From NCBI GenBank assembly GCA_046594825.1, contig JBKJRF010000193.1:1-51442 (forward strand): DNA of 51,442 bases, written 5' to 3'. Shown here piece after piece: positions 1-9,440 of the stretch (positions are counted from its first letter, which is position 1; each line of letters opens with the position of its first letter). The notes beneath the pieces are model-generated. The model ran no database searches. It saw nothing but the letters and a program-made list of their open reading frames with translations, and was not told where the DNA came from. Origin of the DNA: Methylotenera sp. (GTDB lineage: Bacteria > Pseudomonadota > Gammaproteobacteria > Burkholderiales > Methylophilaceae). Made by a program: the position numbers and the translations under genes.

Positions 1-1
1 T

Positions 2-835
2 ACGAGTATCTTCAAATACATCTTTAATTGCGGCGCAAATAGCATCGTTATCGACGACTATCATTTCATCTACATATTGCTGACATAACGCAAAAGTATG
101 TTCACCCACTTGTTTTACGGCAGCGCCATCTGCAAAAAGACCTACTTGGTCTAACATTACGCGATGACCTCGTTTGAGTGACTCTGTCATAGCTTCGGCA
201 TCTTTTGCCTCAACTCCAATTATTTTGATTTCTGGCCGTAAAGCTTTTACGTAAGCTGCAATACCTGCAAGTAAGCCACCGCCGCCTACGCAACAAAATA
301 TCGCATGAATAGGTTCTTGATAGGCATTTAAAATTTCCATTCCAATGGTACCTTGACCTGCAATCACATCTGGATCGTCGTAGGGATGTACAAAAGTAAG
401 GCCTTCAACTTGCTCTAGCTTTAGCGCGTGTGCGTAAGCGTCCGAATAGCTATCACCAAACAAAACCACTTCAGCGCCACGACTTTTAACAGCGTTGATT
501 TTAATAAGCGGGGTAGTGGTAGGCATTACGATGACTGCACGGCAATTGAGTTTTTGTGCAGCCAAAGCGACGCCCTGTGCATGGTTACCTGCCGAAGCCG
601 CGATTACACCTTTTGCGAGTACATCTGCTGGCAAATTGACCATTTTGTTGTAAGCGCCACGTAACTTAAACGAAAATACAGACTGCATATCTTCACGTTT
701 TAACAAAACCTTATTTTGTATGCGTTTAGACAAGCTAGTCTGTAATTCTAGCGGCGTAATTTTTGCGACATCGTACACACGTGAGTTTTGGATTTTGCTT
801 AAATAATCGTTGATTGATAATGATGCGTTATTCAT
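2..835 (-). CDS. ilvA: Biosynthetic threonine ammonia-lyase, N-terminal part (runs off the window start)
   Basis: Not in the ORF track; translated by hand from ATG at 835: MNNASLSINDYLSKIQNSRVYDVA...KREDMQSVFSFKLRGAYNK (PLP lysine motif)...ASAGNHAQGVA...HPYDDPDVIAGQGT...VGGGGL. Confidence 0.96.
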   Translation of the reverse strand, partial: MNNASLSINDYLSKIQNSRVYDVAKITPLELQTSLSKRIQNKVLLKREDMQSVFSFKLRGAYNKMVNLPADVLAKGVIAASAGNHAQGVALAAQKLNCRAVIVMPTTTPLIKINAVKSRGAEVVLFGDSYSDAYAHALKLEQVEGLTFVHPYDDPDVIAGQGTIGMEILNAYQEPIHAIFCCVGGGGLLAGIAAYVKALRPEIKIIGVEAKDAEAMTESLKRGHRVMLDQVGLFADGAAVKQVGEHTFALCQQYVDEMIVVDNDAICAAIKDVFEDTR

Positions 836-936
836 GTTTGAGATTAGGCTACTTTTGGCAATTTTCATTCATTGCCATGCAGTGTTATAGTATTAGATGT
901 ACGCAATTATAAAGAAAAAATTGGGATTTAACTAAA

Positions 937-1593
937 ATGGCCTATACGCAAGACGAATTAAAGCAACAAGTAGCAAAAGCAGCGGTTGAATATGTAAAAA
1001 GTGGCATTATTGGTGTGGGCACAGGCTCGACTGCCAATTTTTTTATTGAAGAGCTGGCAAAAGTAAAGCATAAAATTGATGGTGCCGTTGCAAGCTCTGA
1101 AGCCACAGCACAGCGTTTACGTGGTCACGGAATCGAAGTTTTCGATCTGAATAGCGTTGATGGCATGGATATTTATGTAGACGGCGCTGATGAAATTACA
1201 GAGCACATGCACATGATCAAAGGTGGTGGCGGGGCACTAACACGCGAAAAAATCGTGGCAGCCGTAGCGAAACAATTCATCTGTATTTGCGATAAAAGCA
1301 AATATGTACCTGTGTTGGGTAAGTTCCCACTACCAGTAGAAGTGCTGCCAATGGCTAAGAGCTATGTAGCTCGCGAGTTAGTGAAATTAGGCGGCCAACC
1401 AAAATTGCGTGATTTTACAACGGATAATGGTAACGTGATTTTAGATGTGTTTGGTTTAACTATTACCGATCCCATTGCGATGGAGGCCAAAATTAATCAA
1501 ATCGTCGGAGTGGTTACCAATGGCTTGTTTGCCGCACGTCCAGCGAATATATTATTATTGGCAACCGCAGATGGTGTTAAAACCTATAAATAG
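937..1593 (+). CDS. rpiA: Ribose-5-phosphate isomerase A
   Basis: GVGTGST, DGADE and [12 protein letters not shown] motifs; 218 aa; divergent from ilvA. Confidence 0.98.
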   Translation: MAYTQDELKQQVAKAAVEYVKSGIIGVGTGSTANFFIEELAKVKHKIDGAVASSEATAQRLRGHGIEVFDLNSVDGMDIYVDGADEITEHMHMIKGGGGALTREKIVAAVAKQFICICDKSKYVPVLGKFPLPVEVLPMAKSYVARELVKLGGQPKLRDFTTDNGNVILDVFGLTITDPIAMEAKINQIVGVVTNGLFAARPANILLLATADGVKTYK

Positions 1594-1594
1594 T

Positions 1595-1763
1595 TAAAAA
1601 TCCAACTTTCATTGCTAATAGAAAATTACTTCTTACATAAGAATTGTATGTAGCATCATAATTTTTCATTCGCAGCTTGCATAGCTTACCGCACAAATCT
1701 TGAAGCTTCCGCTGCGCTGAGCTTTTTGGTAATGGCCTTCACGAGTAGAAATTTGGATTTTTA
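1595..1763. repeat. Decayed MITE-like element bounded by a 16-bp inverted repeat
   Basis: TAAAAATCCAACTTTC (1595-1610) and GAAATTTGGATTTTTA (1748-1763) are reverse complements at 15/16 positions; no ORF inside. Confidence 0.45.
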
Positions 1764-1804
1764 GGATGCTTCAAGACTATAAAGATATTGTTAATATGTA
1801 ACAT

Positions 1805-1822
1805 TTGAAATATTGTTGTCAT
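1805..1822 (+). promoter_or_regulatory. Possible weak Pho box upstream of phoU
   Basis: TTGAAAT-attg-TTGTCAT with 11-bp periodicity; second half-site 6/7 and first 4/7 to CTGTCAT. Support is mainly contextual. Confidence 0.25.
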
Positions 1823-1882
1823 ATTTGACTATTATCATCAGACGTTAAAATGCTGTAATCAGTAAAACATCAAGGAAGCAAC

Positions 1883-2590
1883 ATGCAAACTGAACATACC
1901 TTTAAGCAGTACGATGCTGAACTAGAAGCCGTGCGTGCCAAAGTACTTGAAATGGGCGGCTTAGTAGAGCAACAAATTGTAAGTGCATTGGACGCATTGG
2001 TAAAATTAGATTCTAATCTTGCAAAAGAAGTGATGGAAAATGATCGTCGTGTAAATGCATTAGAAGTGCAAATTGACGAAGATTGCAGTCACATTATTGC
2101 GCGCCGTCAACCAGCTGCAGGTGATTTGCGAATGGTGATGATGATGGTAAAAACTATCACCGATCTAGAGCGTATTGGCGATGAAGCCACTAAAATTGCG
2201 CGTACTGCACAAAAAATTTACGAAGAAGATCGCATGTACAAACCTCGCTTCAATGAAATTAAGGCGATGGTAGCATTAGTACGCGAAATGTTACGCACTG
2301 CGCTAGATGGTTTTGCGCGTTTAGACGTGAGTAAAACGGTAGAAGTTGCTAGGCAAGATGAGCAAGTGGATGAGCATTTCCGTGCTGCAATGCGTCAGCT
2401 GATTACATTTATGTTAGAAGACCCGCGTACTATTTCAATGTCATTAGAAGTCTTATTTGTGGCAAAGGCCATTGAGCGTATCGGCGATCATGCTAAAAAT
2501 ATCGCAGAATATGTAGTGTATATGGTCAAAGGTAAAGATGTCCGTCATACCTCAGTACAAGAAATGGAACGTGAAACCTTGCAATCTTAA
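1883..2590 (+). CDS. phoU: Phosphate signalling complex protein PhoU
   Basis: IARRQPAAGDLR, DLERIGD and AIERIGDHAKNIAEYVVYMVKG repeats; AAGGA RBS. Confidence 0.97.
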   Translation: MQTEHTFKQYDAELEAVRAKVLEMGGLVEQQIVSALDALVKLDSNLAKEVMENDRRVNALEVQIDEDCSHIIARRQPAAGDLRMVMMMVKTITDLERIGDEATKIARTAQKIYEEDRMYKPRFNEIKAMVALVREMLRTALDGFARLDVSKTVEVARQDEQVDEHFRAAMRQLITFMLEDPRTISMSLEVLFVAKAIERIGDHAKNIAEYVVYMVKGKDVRHTSVQEMERETLQS

Positions 2591-2608
2591 GTTTTATTTA
2601 TAGCTAAC

Positions 2609-2636
2609 AAAAAGCGCCATATTTGGCGCTTTTTTT
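2609..2636. terminator. Bidirectional intrinsic terminator
   Basis: AAAAAGCGCCA-tatt-TGGCGCTTTTTTT between convergent phoU and the oxygenase gene; A-tract and T-tract flanks. Confidence 0.85.
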
Positions 2637-2680
2637 AATTTCTTCAGTTAAATTTTATATTCTAAGTTTCGTTAAAAAAT

Positions 2681-3574
2681 CTATTTACTTAGACGTAGTG
2701 CTCTTCTAAAGCGCTTCCACACCTTTCTTGTAGGATTGATTCTTCGCGCTAATATCGGAGGTAACCAGTCGTACAAATAAGTATCTACTGTTTCCTTCAA
2801 TACTTTGATTTTCAAATCTTTTGTATCACCTGGTCTAGTCATATACACGTTAGCATGTCTAGGTACTTCATTAAGGATGCTATCAGATGCTGTATAGTAA
2901 TATAAAGCAATAGATTTTCTAGTGGCAGTATCTGGACAGTTTAATGGGTTAGGATGGCCATGAAATGCGTCATGATTGGTATTGAATATCGCACATCTAT
3001 TAAAGATAGGTAAGATAGTATGTACGTTAAATTTCATCGACTTGTCCCACAACTCTAAGCCTCCCCCCCATTCCTCCTGCCAATCTTTGTTTAAATATAT
3101 AATGATATTAACTCTTCTGCGCATATTAAGTAGTTGATTAAGCTGGAAATCAGCATGAATTCCTAGTAATCCGCCGCGAGAAGTTTCATGATAGCCACCA
3201 CCGAAATAATATGGATCTGGCAGTAACTTGTTGATGCCAGTAAGTCCTTCCAGAAACTTGAGCATCGGTGCAGAGTTAAAAAAAGCGAATAGGTTTCTAC
3301 TGTATGGATTACAGCTTGTTGGTGGAATCTGCCGCTTGTGATGCCCATAGTAGCCAATCTCAAAACTAGACTCATCTTTAACTAAAGATGCTGGGAAGTC
3401 AGCTAAACTTGCTTCTGCAATTTCATCTGGCAAAAAATTATCTATAACAATATGAGGAAAAGGGGCCGCGCTCACATATGAATTATTAAGTGTTTGACCG
3501 AAAATTTTTGCCTTTTCAGCATTCATTGTAAATCCGTCTAGAAACTCAACTGGAAGCCTACCTTCGATAGCCAT
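2681..3574 (-). CDS. 2OG-Fe(II) oxygenase family protein (prolyl-4-hydroxylase-like)
   Basis: PFPHIVIDNFL, GGGYH, HxD (IHADF), distal His (FHGHP) and RxS (RKSIALYYY). Start moved to ATG 3574, which has AAGG upstream; the ORF is open to 3649. Confidence 0.85.
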   Translation of the reverse strand: MAIEGRLPVEFLDGFTMNAEKAKIFGQTLNNSYVSAAPFPHIVIDNFLPDEIAEASLADFPASLVKDESSFEIGYYGHHKRQIPPTSCNPYSRNLFAFFNSAPMLKFLEGLTGINKLLPDPYYFGGGYHETSRGGLLGIHADFQLNQLLNMRRRVNIIIYLNKDWQEEWGGGLELWDKSMKFNVHTILPIFNRCAIFNTNHDAFHGHPNPLNCPDTATRKSIALYYYTASDSILNEVPRHANVYMTRPGDTKDLKIKVLKETVDTYLYDWLPPILARRINPTRKVWKRFRRALRLSK

Positions 3575-3766
3575 AAACCTTACCCTTAAATAATTTTGTA
3601 TTATCGGTTTTGCATCATTATGTGAATCTATATAGCGCTTGTAGCGCATTAACGTTTTGTTACAATTAATGTACTACAGCTTTTGATGTTAGTCAAAAGC
3701 ACATATAACCAGATTTTACTAAATTTTTACGGTCCTAGGCTATGGCTCTATCAGGCTAACGCATAG

Positions 3767-4039
3767 TCAAGATTTTTCTGGTACGAACCCACTGGCAGTA
3801 TCTGCACCATCACCAAAAAAATATTTTTCGGTTTGCTCAGTCAAGTATTTGCGTGCTGCAGGGTCAGCTAAACTTAGGCGGTTTTCATTCACTAACATGG
3901 TTTGTTGTTTCAGCCATACTGCCCATGCCTCTTTAGAAACTTGCATATAAATGCGTTTGCCAAGCTCTCCTGGATACGGAGGAAAGTCCATGCCTTCAGC
4001 TTCTTTTCCTAATTTAATACAATTAATTATACGTGCCAT
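3767..4039 (-). CDS. yggX: Fe(II)-trafficking / oxidative damage protection protein
   Basis: Conserved Cys7, [15 protein letters not shown] and [10 protein letters not shown]; 90 aa. Confidence 0.95.
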   Translation of the reverse strand: MARIINCIKLGKEAEGMDFPPYPGELGKRIYMQVSKEAWAVWLKQQTMLVNENRLSLADPAARKYLTEQTEKYFFGDGADTASGFVPEKS

Positions 4040-4155
4040 GTTTATCTTCTTTAACTTATTGAATGTTGCTTAAAACATAATGATAGCGCATGTTAAAATT
4101 TATAGTGTAAATTATACAAATCTAGAATTCCGTTCATATTGTTAGAAAGCCTGCG

Positions 4156-4560
4156 ATGCAAACACCTGATAATAAAAATTCACAGCCGACTAAAGAGAGT
4201 CCATTCAAAGGTAAAACGGGACTAGTTCGTTTAATGAATGCTTTTGGTTATTCATTAGAAGGGTTCAAAGCTGCGTTTAAGCATGAAGATGCTTTTCGGC
4301 AAGAGGTTTTTTTGGCGATAGTATTAATTCCATTGGCAGTTTATTTGGGAAAAAGCTCAATAGAGCGTGCTTTGATGATTGCGAGTATATTACTGGTACT
4401 AATTGTGGAGTTATTGAATTCTGCGATTGAGGCGGCAGTTGACCATACCTCGACAGAACATAATGCACTTGCCAAACGAGCTAAAGATATTGGCAGTGCA
4501 GCAGTATTTTTAGCATTATCAATTGTGGCGGCTGTTTGGGGATTGGTGTTGTTAGGTTAG
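4156..4560 (+). CDS. dgkA: Diacylglycerol kinase
   Basis: YSLEG...EDAFRQE, ELLNSAIEAAVD and AKDIGSAAV motifs; three hydrophobic helices. Confidence 0.96.
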   Translation: MQTPDNKNSQPTKESPFKGKTGLVRLMNAFGYSLEGFKAAFKHEDAFRQEVFLAIVLIPLAVYLGKSSIERALMIASILLVLIVELLNSAIEAAVDHTSTEHNALAKRAKDIGSAAVFLALSIVAAVWGLVLLG

Positions 4561-4770
4561 CAGCTCAATTTGGTCTGTAAGAAGCTATCTAAAGCATCAC
4601 TTATGTATACCTATTGGTTTTAGCTGATTAAGCACTGTAGTGTCGAAGTAGTTCTAAATCCCATCTGTTGCAGTGAAATTTCTAGCAAAGTCAAAAGACC
4701 CCACAAGCTAGAAGGTGAGACAAAGCTATGCAATAGAATTTTGTTAATTTATTGCGAAGCTTTAAGCTGT

Positions 4771-4798
4771 AAAAGAAAAAGGCCGCAAAAGCGACCTT
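4771..4798 (-). terminator. Intrinsic terminator of sodB
   Basis: Minus strand AAGGTCGC-TTTT-GCGGCCTT followed by TTTCTTTT, about 28 nt after the sodB stop. Confidence 0.75.
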
Positions 4799-4826
4799 GT
4801 TTACTAATTACTCAATAGCTACCTAC

Positions 4827-5408
4827 TTAAGTAAAGTTTGCGCTTGCAAAATCCCAGTTAGCTAAAGAGGCTAAAAACACTTCAACGAATTTGGCACGGG
4901 CATTGCGGTAATCAATGTAATAAGCGTGTTCCCAAACATCCAATGTTAATAACGCTTTGTCGCCTGTTGTTAATGGTGTGCCAGCTGCACCCATGTTGAC
5001 AATATCTACTGAACCATCGGCTTTTTTCACTAACCATGTCCAGCCAGAGCCAAAGTTACCCACTGCTGAAGCTTGAAACGCTTTTTTGAACTCATCAAAT
5101 GAGCCCCATTTAGTGTTAATTGCTTCAGCTAGTGCGCCAGTAGGAGTGCCACCGCCGTTAGGCTTCATGCTGCTCCAAAAAAACGTATGGTTTGAAACTT
5201 GAGCTGAGTTGTTGTAAATACCGCCAGAAGATTTTTTGATAATTTCTTCTAAACTTAAGTTTTCAAACTCAGTACCTTTAATCAGGTTATTTAAGTTTGT
5301 GACATAAGTTTGGTGATGTTTGCCATAGTGGAAATCTAGCGTTTCTTCTGAAATGTGTGGTGCTAATGCATTTTTAGCGTACGGTAAGGCTGGTAAAGTA
5401 TGTTCCAT
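4827..5408 (-). CDS. sodB: Superoxide dismutase [Fe]
   Basis: HYGKHH, AQVxNH, FGSGW and DVWEHAYY; the Gln in the AQ position indicates the Fe type. Confidence 0.94.
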   Translation of the reverse strand: MEHTLPALPYAKNALAPHISEETLDFHYGKHHQTYVTNLNNLIKGTEFENLSLEEIIKKSSGGIYNNSAQVSNHTFFWSSMKPNGGGTPTGALAEAINTKWGSFDEFKKAFQASAVGNFGSGWTWLVKKADGSVDIVNMGAAGTPLTTGDKALLTLDVWEHAYYIDYRNARAKFVEVFLASLANWDFASANFT

Positions 5409-5514
5409 GAAGTTTCCTTTTTAAAAGTTGATAGTAATCTTGAGCTATTTAGATGACAAATTGATGTGCTTTTAGTTTTATGCAGGTTCTTAACAGTTTG
5501 TCTTTTCTAAGTAT

Positions 5515-6408
5515 CTATTTTTTCTTTGCACGTGGATGTGCTTTATCGTACATAGTGGCAAGATGTTGAAAATCAAGATGGGTATATATTTGCGTTGTGC
5601 TGATGTTGGCATGACCTAGCATTTCTTGAACCGCTCTTAAATCTTGGCTGGATTGTAGCACGTGGGTCGCAAAGCTATGACGCAATATATGTGGATGCAT
5701 ATTGATGTTAACCCCTTGTTTGATCGCCCACTCTTTTATCCGGTATTGTACGGCGCGTGGAGTGATACGCCGCCCTTGTTGGGTTATGAATAGTGCTTTT
5801 GGATTTTTATCAGCGATTGCAATAAGCGCTCGATGTTGTAGCCAAGACTGTATCGCATTAATAGCGTGGGAGCCCACAGGCACAATGCGGGTTTTATTGC
5901 CTTTACCAGTGACGGTAACGGTACCTTCGGCAAAATCTAACATATCAGTATCTAAATTTACCAGTTCGGCTAAACGCAAGCCTGACGAATAAAATAATTC
6001 TAATATGGCGTGATCACGCTGCGCCAGCAAATCATCATCTTGAATATCAACAAACTTAACCACTTGGTCAACAGATAGCGCTTGTGGCAGCGTTTTAGCG
6101 GATTTTGGTGCACGCAAACCCATTACGGGATTTTGTGTAAAGCCATGGTGATAAATTAAATAGTTATAAAAGCCACGCCAAGCTGATAATGCGCGCGCGA
6201 TGCTTTTACCACTTAACCCTCGGCTGTGTAGCGTTGCTATAAAACGTCTAATTTGCGTGTTTTGTACAAGTGCTAAATCAACATTTTCAGCGAGAGACTG
6301 TAATAATTTAATGTCTCTGGCATAATTTTGACAAGTGAGCGTGCTTAAACCACGTTCAAAAGTTAAATGTTGCAGATAATCGTCAAGATGATTCAAAAGT
6401 TGTTTCAA
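5515..6408 (-). CDS. xerC: Tyrosine recombinase XerC
   Basis: YSSGLRLAEL, GKGNKTR, HPHILRHSFATH and LGHANISTTQIYTH; dapF-DUF484-xerC context; TTG start. Confidence 0.95.
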   Translation of the reverse strand: MKQLLNHLDDYLQHLTFERGLSTLTCQNYARDIKLLQSLAENVDLALVQNTQIRRFIATLHSRGLSGKSIARALSAWRGFYNYLIYHHGFTQNPVMGLRAPKSAKTLPQALSVDQVVKFVDIQDDDLLAQRDHAILELFYSSGLRLAELVNLDTDMLDFAEGTVTVTGKGNKTRIVPVGSHAINAIQSWLQHRALIAIADKNPKALFITQQGRRITPRAVQYRIKEWAIKQGVNINMHPHILRHSFATHVLQSSQDLRAVQEMLGHANISTTQIYTHLDFQHLATMYDKAHPRAKKK

Positions 6409-6434
6409 CTCATGTCTTACTTACTTGTAAAAAA

Positions 6435-7145
6435 CTACAAATAATGCTGTAAAGCAGCACTAACTAAGCTGCCTATGCGCTCAAGATACAATGTACCCAT
6501 GCTGGTTTTGAAGCGTTGCGAATCCTCAGCACTTAATATAAGTACGCCAAAAATATTTTCTTTCTCTAGTTTTTTAGCTGGCTCTTTAGATAATGGAATA
6601 AAGGCAAATGATTGCAAATGTACATTGAGTAAATCGCCAGCTACTTCTGGTTTTGCCCCACAAATTGGCGTATGGAGTGCCATTATCCAGTCGCTAAATG
6701 ATGCATTTACTGGTGCAAAAATTGCGTTTTTCGCAAGTGCTTCATCAGTGGGTTTTAACCAAATATGCAATTGTGTTTCTGATACAGAAAAATCATGCTG
6801 AAGATTTTTACCAATTACTTGTTGTAGTGCCTCAAAATCTGAATTAGTCGTTTGATTTTCGATTAACTTAAGGCCTAATGCATGCACTTTGGCACTAGTC
6901 GCGTCATTTTCTTCTGCAAATTCAATTAACTGCGCTAGCTTAACCTCAAGTACTCGAATTTTGTCGCGTTGTGCCAGTTGCTGCCGCTCTGCCAATGAAA
7001 TTGCGCCATTACCATGAGGGCTAGGTAGAAAAATTTCACTCAGTAAACTAGCATGCTGTTCAAAAAAATGTGGATGTTTACGTAAAAATTCACTGACTTG
7101 CTCATCAGTAATTACATTATCTAACGTTTGAATATCTTGTTGCAT
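6435..7145 (-). CDS. DUF484 (YigA-like) protein
   Basis: FLRKHPHFF, PHGNGAISLAERQ and RFKTSMGTLYL; position between dapF and xerC. Start at ATG 7145 with AAGGA RBS. Confidence 0.9.
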   Translation of the reverse strand: MQQDIQTLDNVITDEQVSEFLRKHPHFFEQHASLLSEIFLPSPHGNGAISLAERQQLAQRDKIRVLEVKLAQLIEFAEENDATSAKVHALGLKLIENQTTNSDFEALQQVIGKNLQHDFSVSETQLHIWLKPTDEALAKNAIFAPVNASFSDWIMALHTPICGAKPEVAGDLLNVHLQSFAFIPLSKEPAKKLEKENIFGVLILSAEDSQRFKTSMGTLYLERIGSLVSAALQHYL

Positions 7146-7172
7146 GGTAATCCTTAATTTCACGCTTTATTT

Positions 7173-8015
7173 TTAAGTTAATGCTACTGAGCCTGTAAAT
7201 ACCGTCACAGCTGGTCCAGTCATCATCACAGGAGCAGAGCCACCTTGCCAAGTAATATATAGTTCGCCACCACGCGCAGACACTTTTACAGGGGATTGCA
7301 ATTTTCCAAGTTGAATGCCCGCCACTACCGCTGCGCAAGCGCCTGTGCCGCATGCCAAGGTTTCTCCACTACCGCGTTCAAACACTCTTAATTTAATTTG
7401 ATGTGTGTCAATGATTTGCATAAAGCCCGCATTCACACGTTCTGGGAAGCGCGGATGTACTTCAATTTGACGGCCAAGCTCAACTACAGGTGCGGTATCA
7501 ATATCTTCTACAATTTGAACTGCATGAGGATTACCCATAGAAATTGCACAGATCCTTAGTCTCTGATTATCAACATCAAGTGAATAGCTAGTAGCAATAG
7601 TATCTGCGATAAATGGAATATCATCAGGTATGAATCTAGGTGCACCCATATTCACTGTGACTAAACCATTATCTTCTAATTTAGGTGTAATGATGCCGCT
7701 AGCAGTCTCAACACTAATTTCATGCTTTTTAGTTAAGCCTAGGTCGACAACAAAACGCACAAAACAGCGTGCACCATTGCCGCATTGAGACACTTCGCTC
7801 CCATCAGCATTAAAAATACGATATTTAAAATCTGCAATGGTGGAACTTTCAACCAGTAGAAGCTGGTCAAAGCCTATGCCGAATTGACGGTGTGCCAGAT
7901 TTTTAATCTGTTCAGTAGTTAGTTGAATAGACTGGTTGATGGCATCTATGACCATAAAGTCGTTGCCAGCACCCTGCATTTTTGTAAATTTCAAATTCTT
8001 GGAGGTTAAACTCAT
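7173..8015 (-). CDS. dapF: Diaminopimelate epimerase
   Basis: [24 protein letters not shown] and [18 protein letters not shown] 8015 is the probable start; the ORF is open to 8069. Confidence 0.97.
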   Translation of the reverse strand: MSLTSKNLKFTKMQGAGNDFMVIDAINQSIQLTTEQIKNLAHRQFGIGFDQLLLVESSTIADFKYRIFNADGSEVSQCGNGARCFVRFVVDLGLTKKHEISVETASGIITPKLEDNGLVTVNMGAPRFIPDDIPFIADTIATSYSLDVDNQRLRICAISMGNPHAVQIVEDIDTAPVVELGRQIEVHPRFPERVNAGFMQIIDTHQIKLRVFERGSGETLACGTGACAAVVAGIQLGKLQSPVKVSARGGELYITWQGGSAPVMMTGPAVTVFTGSVALT

Positions 8016-8175
8016 AGTCTTATTATAAATTGCCTGTGCATTATTTCGTAGATTTATGTTTATCATCACATAATTTAGGTAGAATACTACCCCTTACAGT
8101 GTATTGATGACCATGCTTTAGCCTTTAGTATGATATTCATTCCATTTTTACTCATTATTTTTTCCAAGGCGCACA

Positions 8176-9339
8176 ATGAACGAATACCTTTTTACTTCAG
8201 AATCTGTTTCTGAAGGTCATCCAGACAAACTCGCAGATCAAGTATCAGACAGTATTTTAGATGCAATTTTAACCCAAGACCCAACAGCCAGAGTAGCCGC
8301 TGAAACCCTAGCTAACACCGGTTTAGTGGTGCTTGCCGGTGAAATTACTACTACTGCCAATGTGGATTATATTAAAGTCGCCCGAGAAACCATCAAACGA
8401 ATTGGTTATGACAATACAGAATACGGCATTGACTATAAAGGTTGTGCTGTATTGGTTGCTTACGACAAACAGTCGCCAGATATTGCACAAGGCGTTGATG
8501 GTGCACATGACGATCCATTAGACCAAGGCGCTGGTGACCAAGGCTTGATGTTTGGTTATGCCGTTGATGAAACACCACAATTGATGCCATTGCCGATTTG
8601 GTTAAGCCATCGCTTGATGGAGCGCCAAGCGCAATTGCGGAAAGATGGTCGTTTGCCTTGGTTACGTCCAGATGCGAAATCACAAGTTACCGTGCAATAT
8701 GTAGACGGCAAACCGTACAAAATTGATACAGTTTTAGTCTCTACTCAGCACTCGCCAGAGACTAGTTTAGAAACCATACGTGAAGCTGTAATTGAGGATA
8801 TTATCAAGCCGATGTTGCCGAAAGAGCTCATCAAAGGTGATATCAAGTTCTTGGTTAATCCAACTGGGCGCTTCGTAATCGGCGGTCCACAGGGTGATTG
8901 CGGCCTAACTGGCCGTAAAATTATAGTGGATACTTACGGCGGCGCAGCCCCACATGGCGGTGGTGCCTTTTCAGGTAAAGATCCTTCAAAAGTGGATCGC
9001 AGTGCAGCCTATGCAGGCCGTTATGTCGCCAAAAATATCGTAGCTGCTGGCTTAGCATCACGTTGTTTAGTGCAAGTGAGCTACGCGATTGGTGTGGCAC
9101 AACCTACCAGCGTCATGGTAGAAACTTATGGTACAGGTAAAGTGTCAGATGAGTTGCTTAAGCAATTAGTGCTTGAACATTTTGATCTACGCCCTAAAGG
9201 CATTGTTAAAATGCTCGATTTATTACGTCCTATCTATACTAAAACTGCGGCTTATGGTCATTTTGGCCGTGACGAGCCAGAGTTTACCTGGGAAGCGACT
9301 GATAAAGCAGCTGCATTAAAAGCATCGGCAGGCTTGTAG
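8176..9339 (+). CDS. metK: S-adenosylmethionine synthetase
   Basis: [19 protein letters not shown] and GGGAFSGKD signatures. Confidence 0.99.
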   Translation: MNEYLFTSESVSEGHPDKLADQVSDSILDAILTQDPTARVAAETLANTGLVVLAGEITTTANVDYIKVARETIKRIGYDNTEYGIDYKGCAVLVAYDKQSPDIAQGVDGAHDDPLDQGAGDQGLMFGYAVDETPQLMPLPIWLSHRLMERQAQLRKDGRLPWLRPDAKSQVTVQYVDGKPYKIDTVLVSTQHSPETSLETIREAVIEDIIKPMLPKELIKGDIKFLVNPTGRFVIGGPQGDCGLTGRKIIVDTYGGAAPHGGGAFSGKDPSKVDRSAAYAGRYVAKNIVAAGLASRCLVQVSYAIGVAQPTSVMVETYGTGKVSDELLKQLVLEHFDLRPKGIVKMLDLLRPIYTKTAAYGHFGRDEPEFTWEATDKAAALKASAGL

Positions 9340-9364
9340 TTATAGGCTTTCATCTTAAATGATG

Positions 9365-9401
9365 AATGTAATCATGGCTTTACAAAAGCCATGATTACAT
9401 T
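9365..9401. repeat. Perfect 17-bp inverted repeat downstream of metK
   Basis: AATGTAATCATGGCTTT-aca-AAAGCCATGATTACATT. Confidence 0.9.
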
Positions 9402-9406
9402 ATAAT
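9379..9406 (+). promoter_or_regulatory. Sigma70-type promoter for the riboswitch-ahcY transcript
   Basis: TTTACA (9379-9384), 16-bp spacer, perfect TATAAT (9401-9406), about 35 nt upstream of the riboswitch. Confidence 0.6.
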
Positions 9407-9440
9407 GCGGACTATCTTGTAGTAAGCAGATAGTAAAATG

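Noticed and set aside
428-664. 78-aa plus-strand ORF from the track
   Set aside because: It is an antisense shadow of ilvA, which occupies 2-835 on the minus strand.
4561-4770. 210-bp dgkA-sodB spacer as an sRNA or gene remnant
   Set aside because: Only short 6-7 bp stems (TTCTAGC/GCTAGAA, GCAATA/TATTGC) and no convincing ORF or promoter.
5409-5460. Fur box upstream of sodB
   Set aside because: The match to GATAATGATAATCATTATC is too poor to separate from AT-rich background.
5515-6408. Tyrosine recombinase as a phage or island integrase
   Set aside because: The dapF-DUF484-xerC context and sequence identify housekeeping XerC; no att sites or cargo genes.
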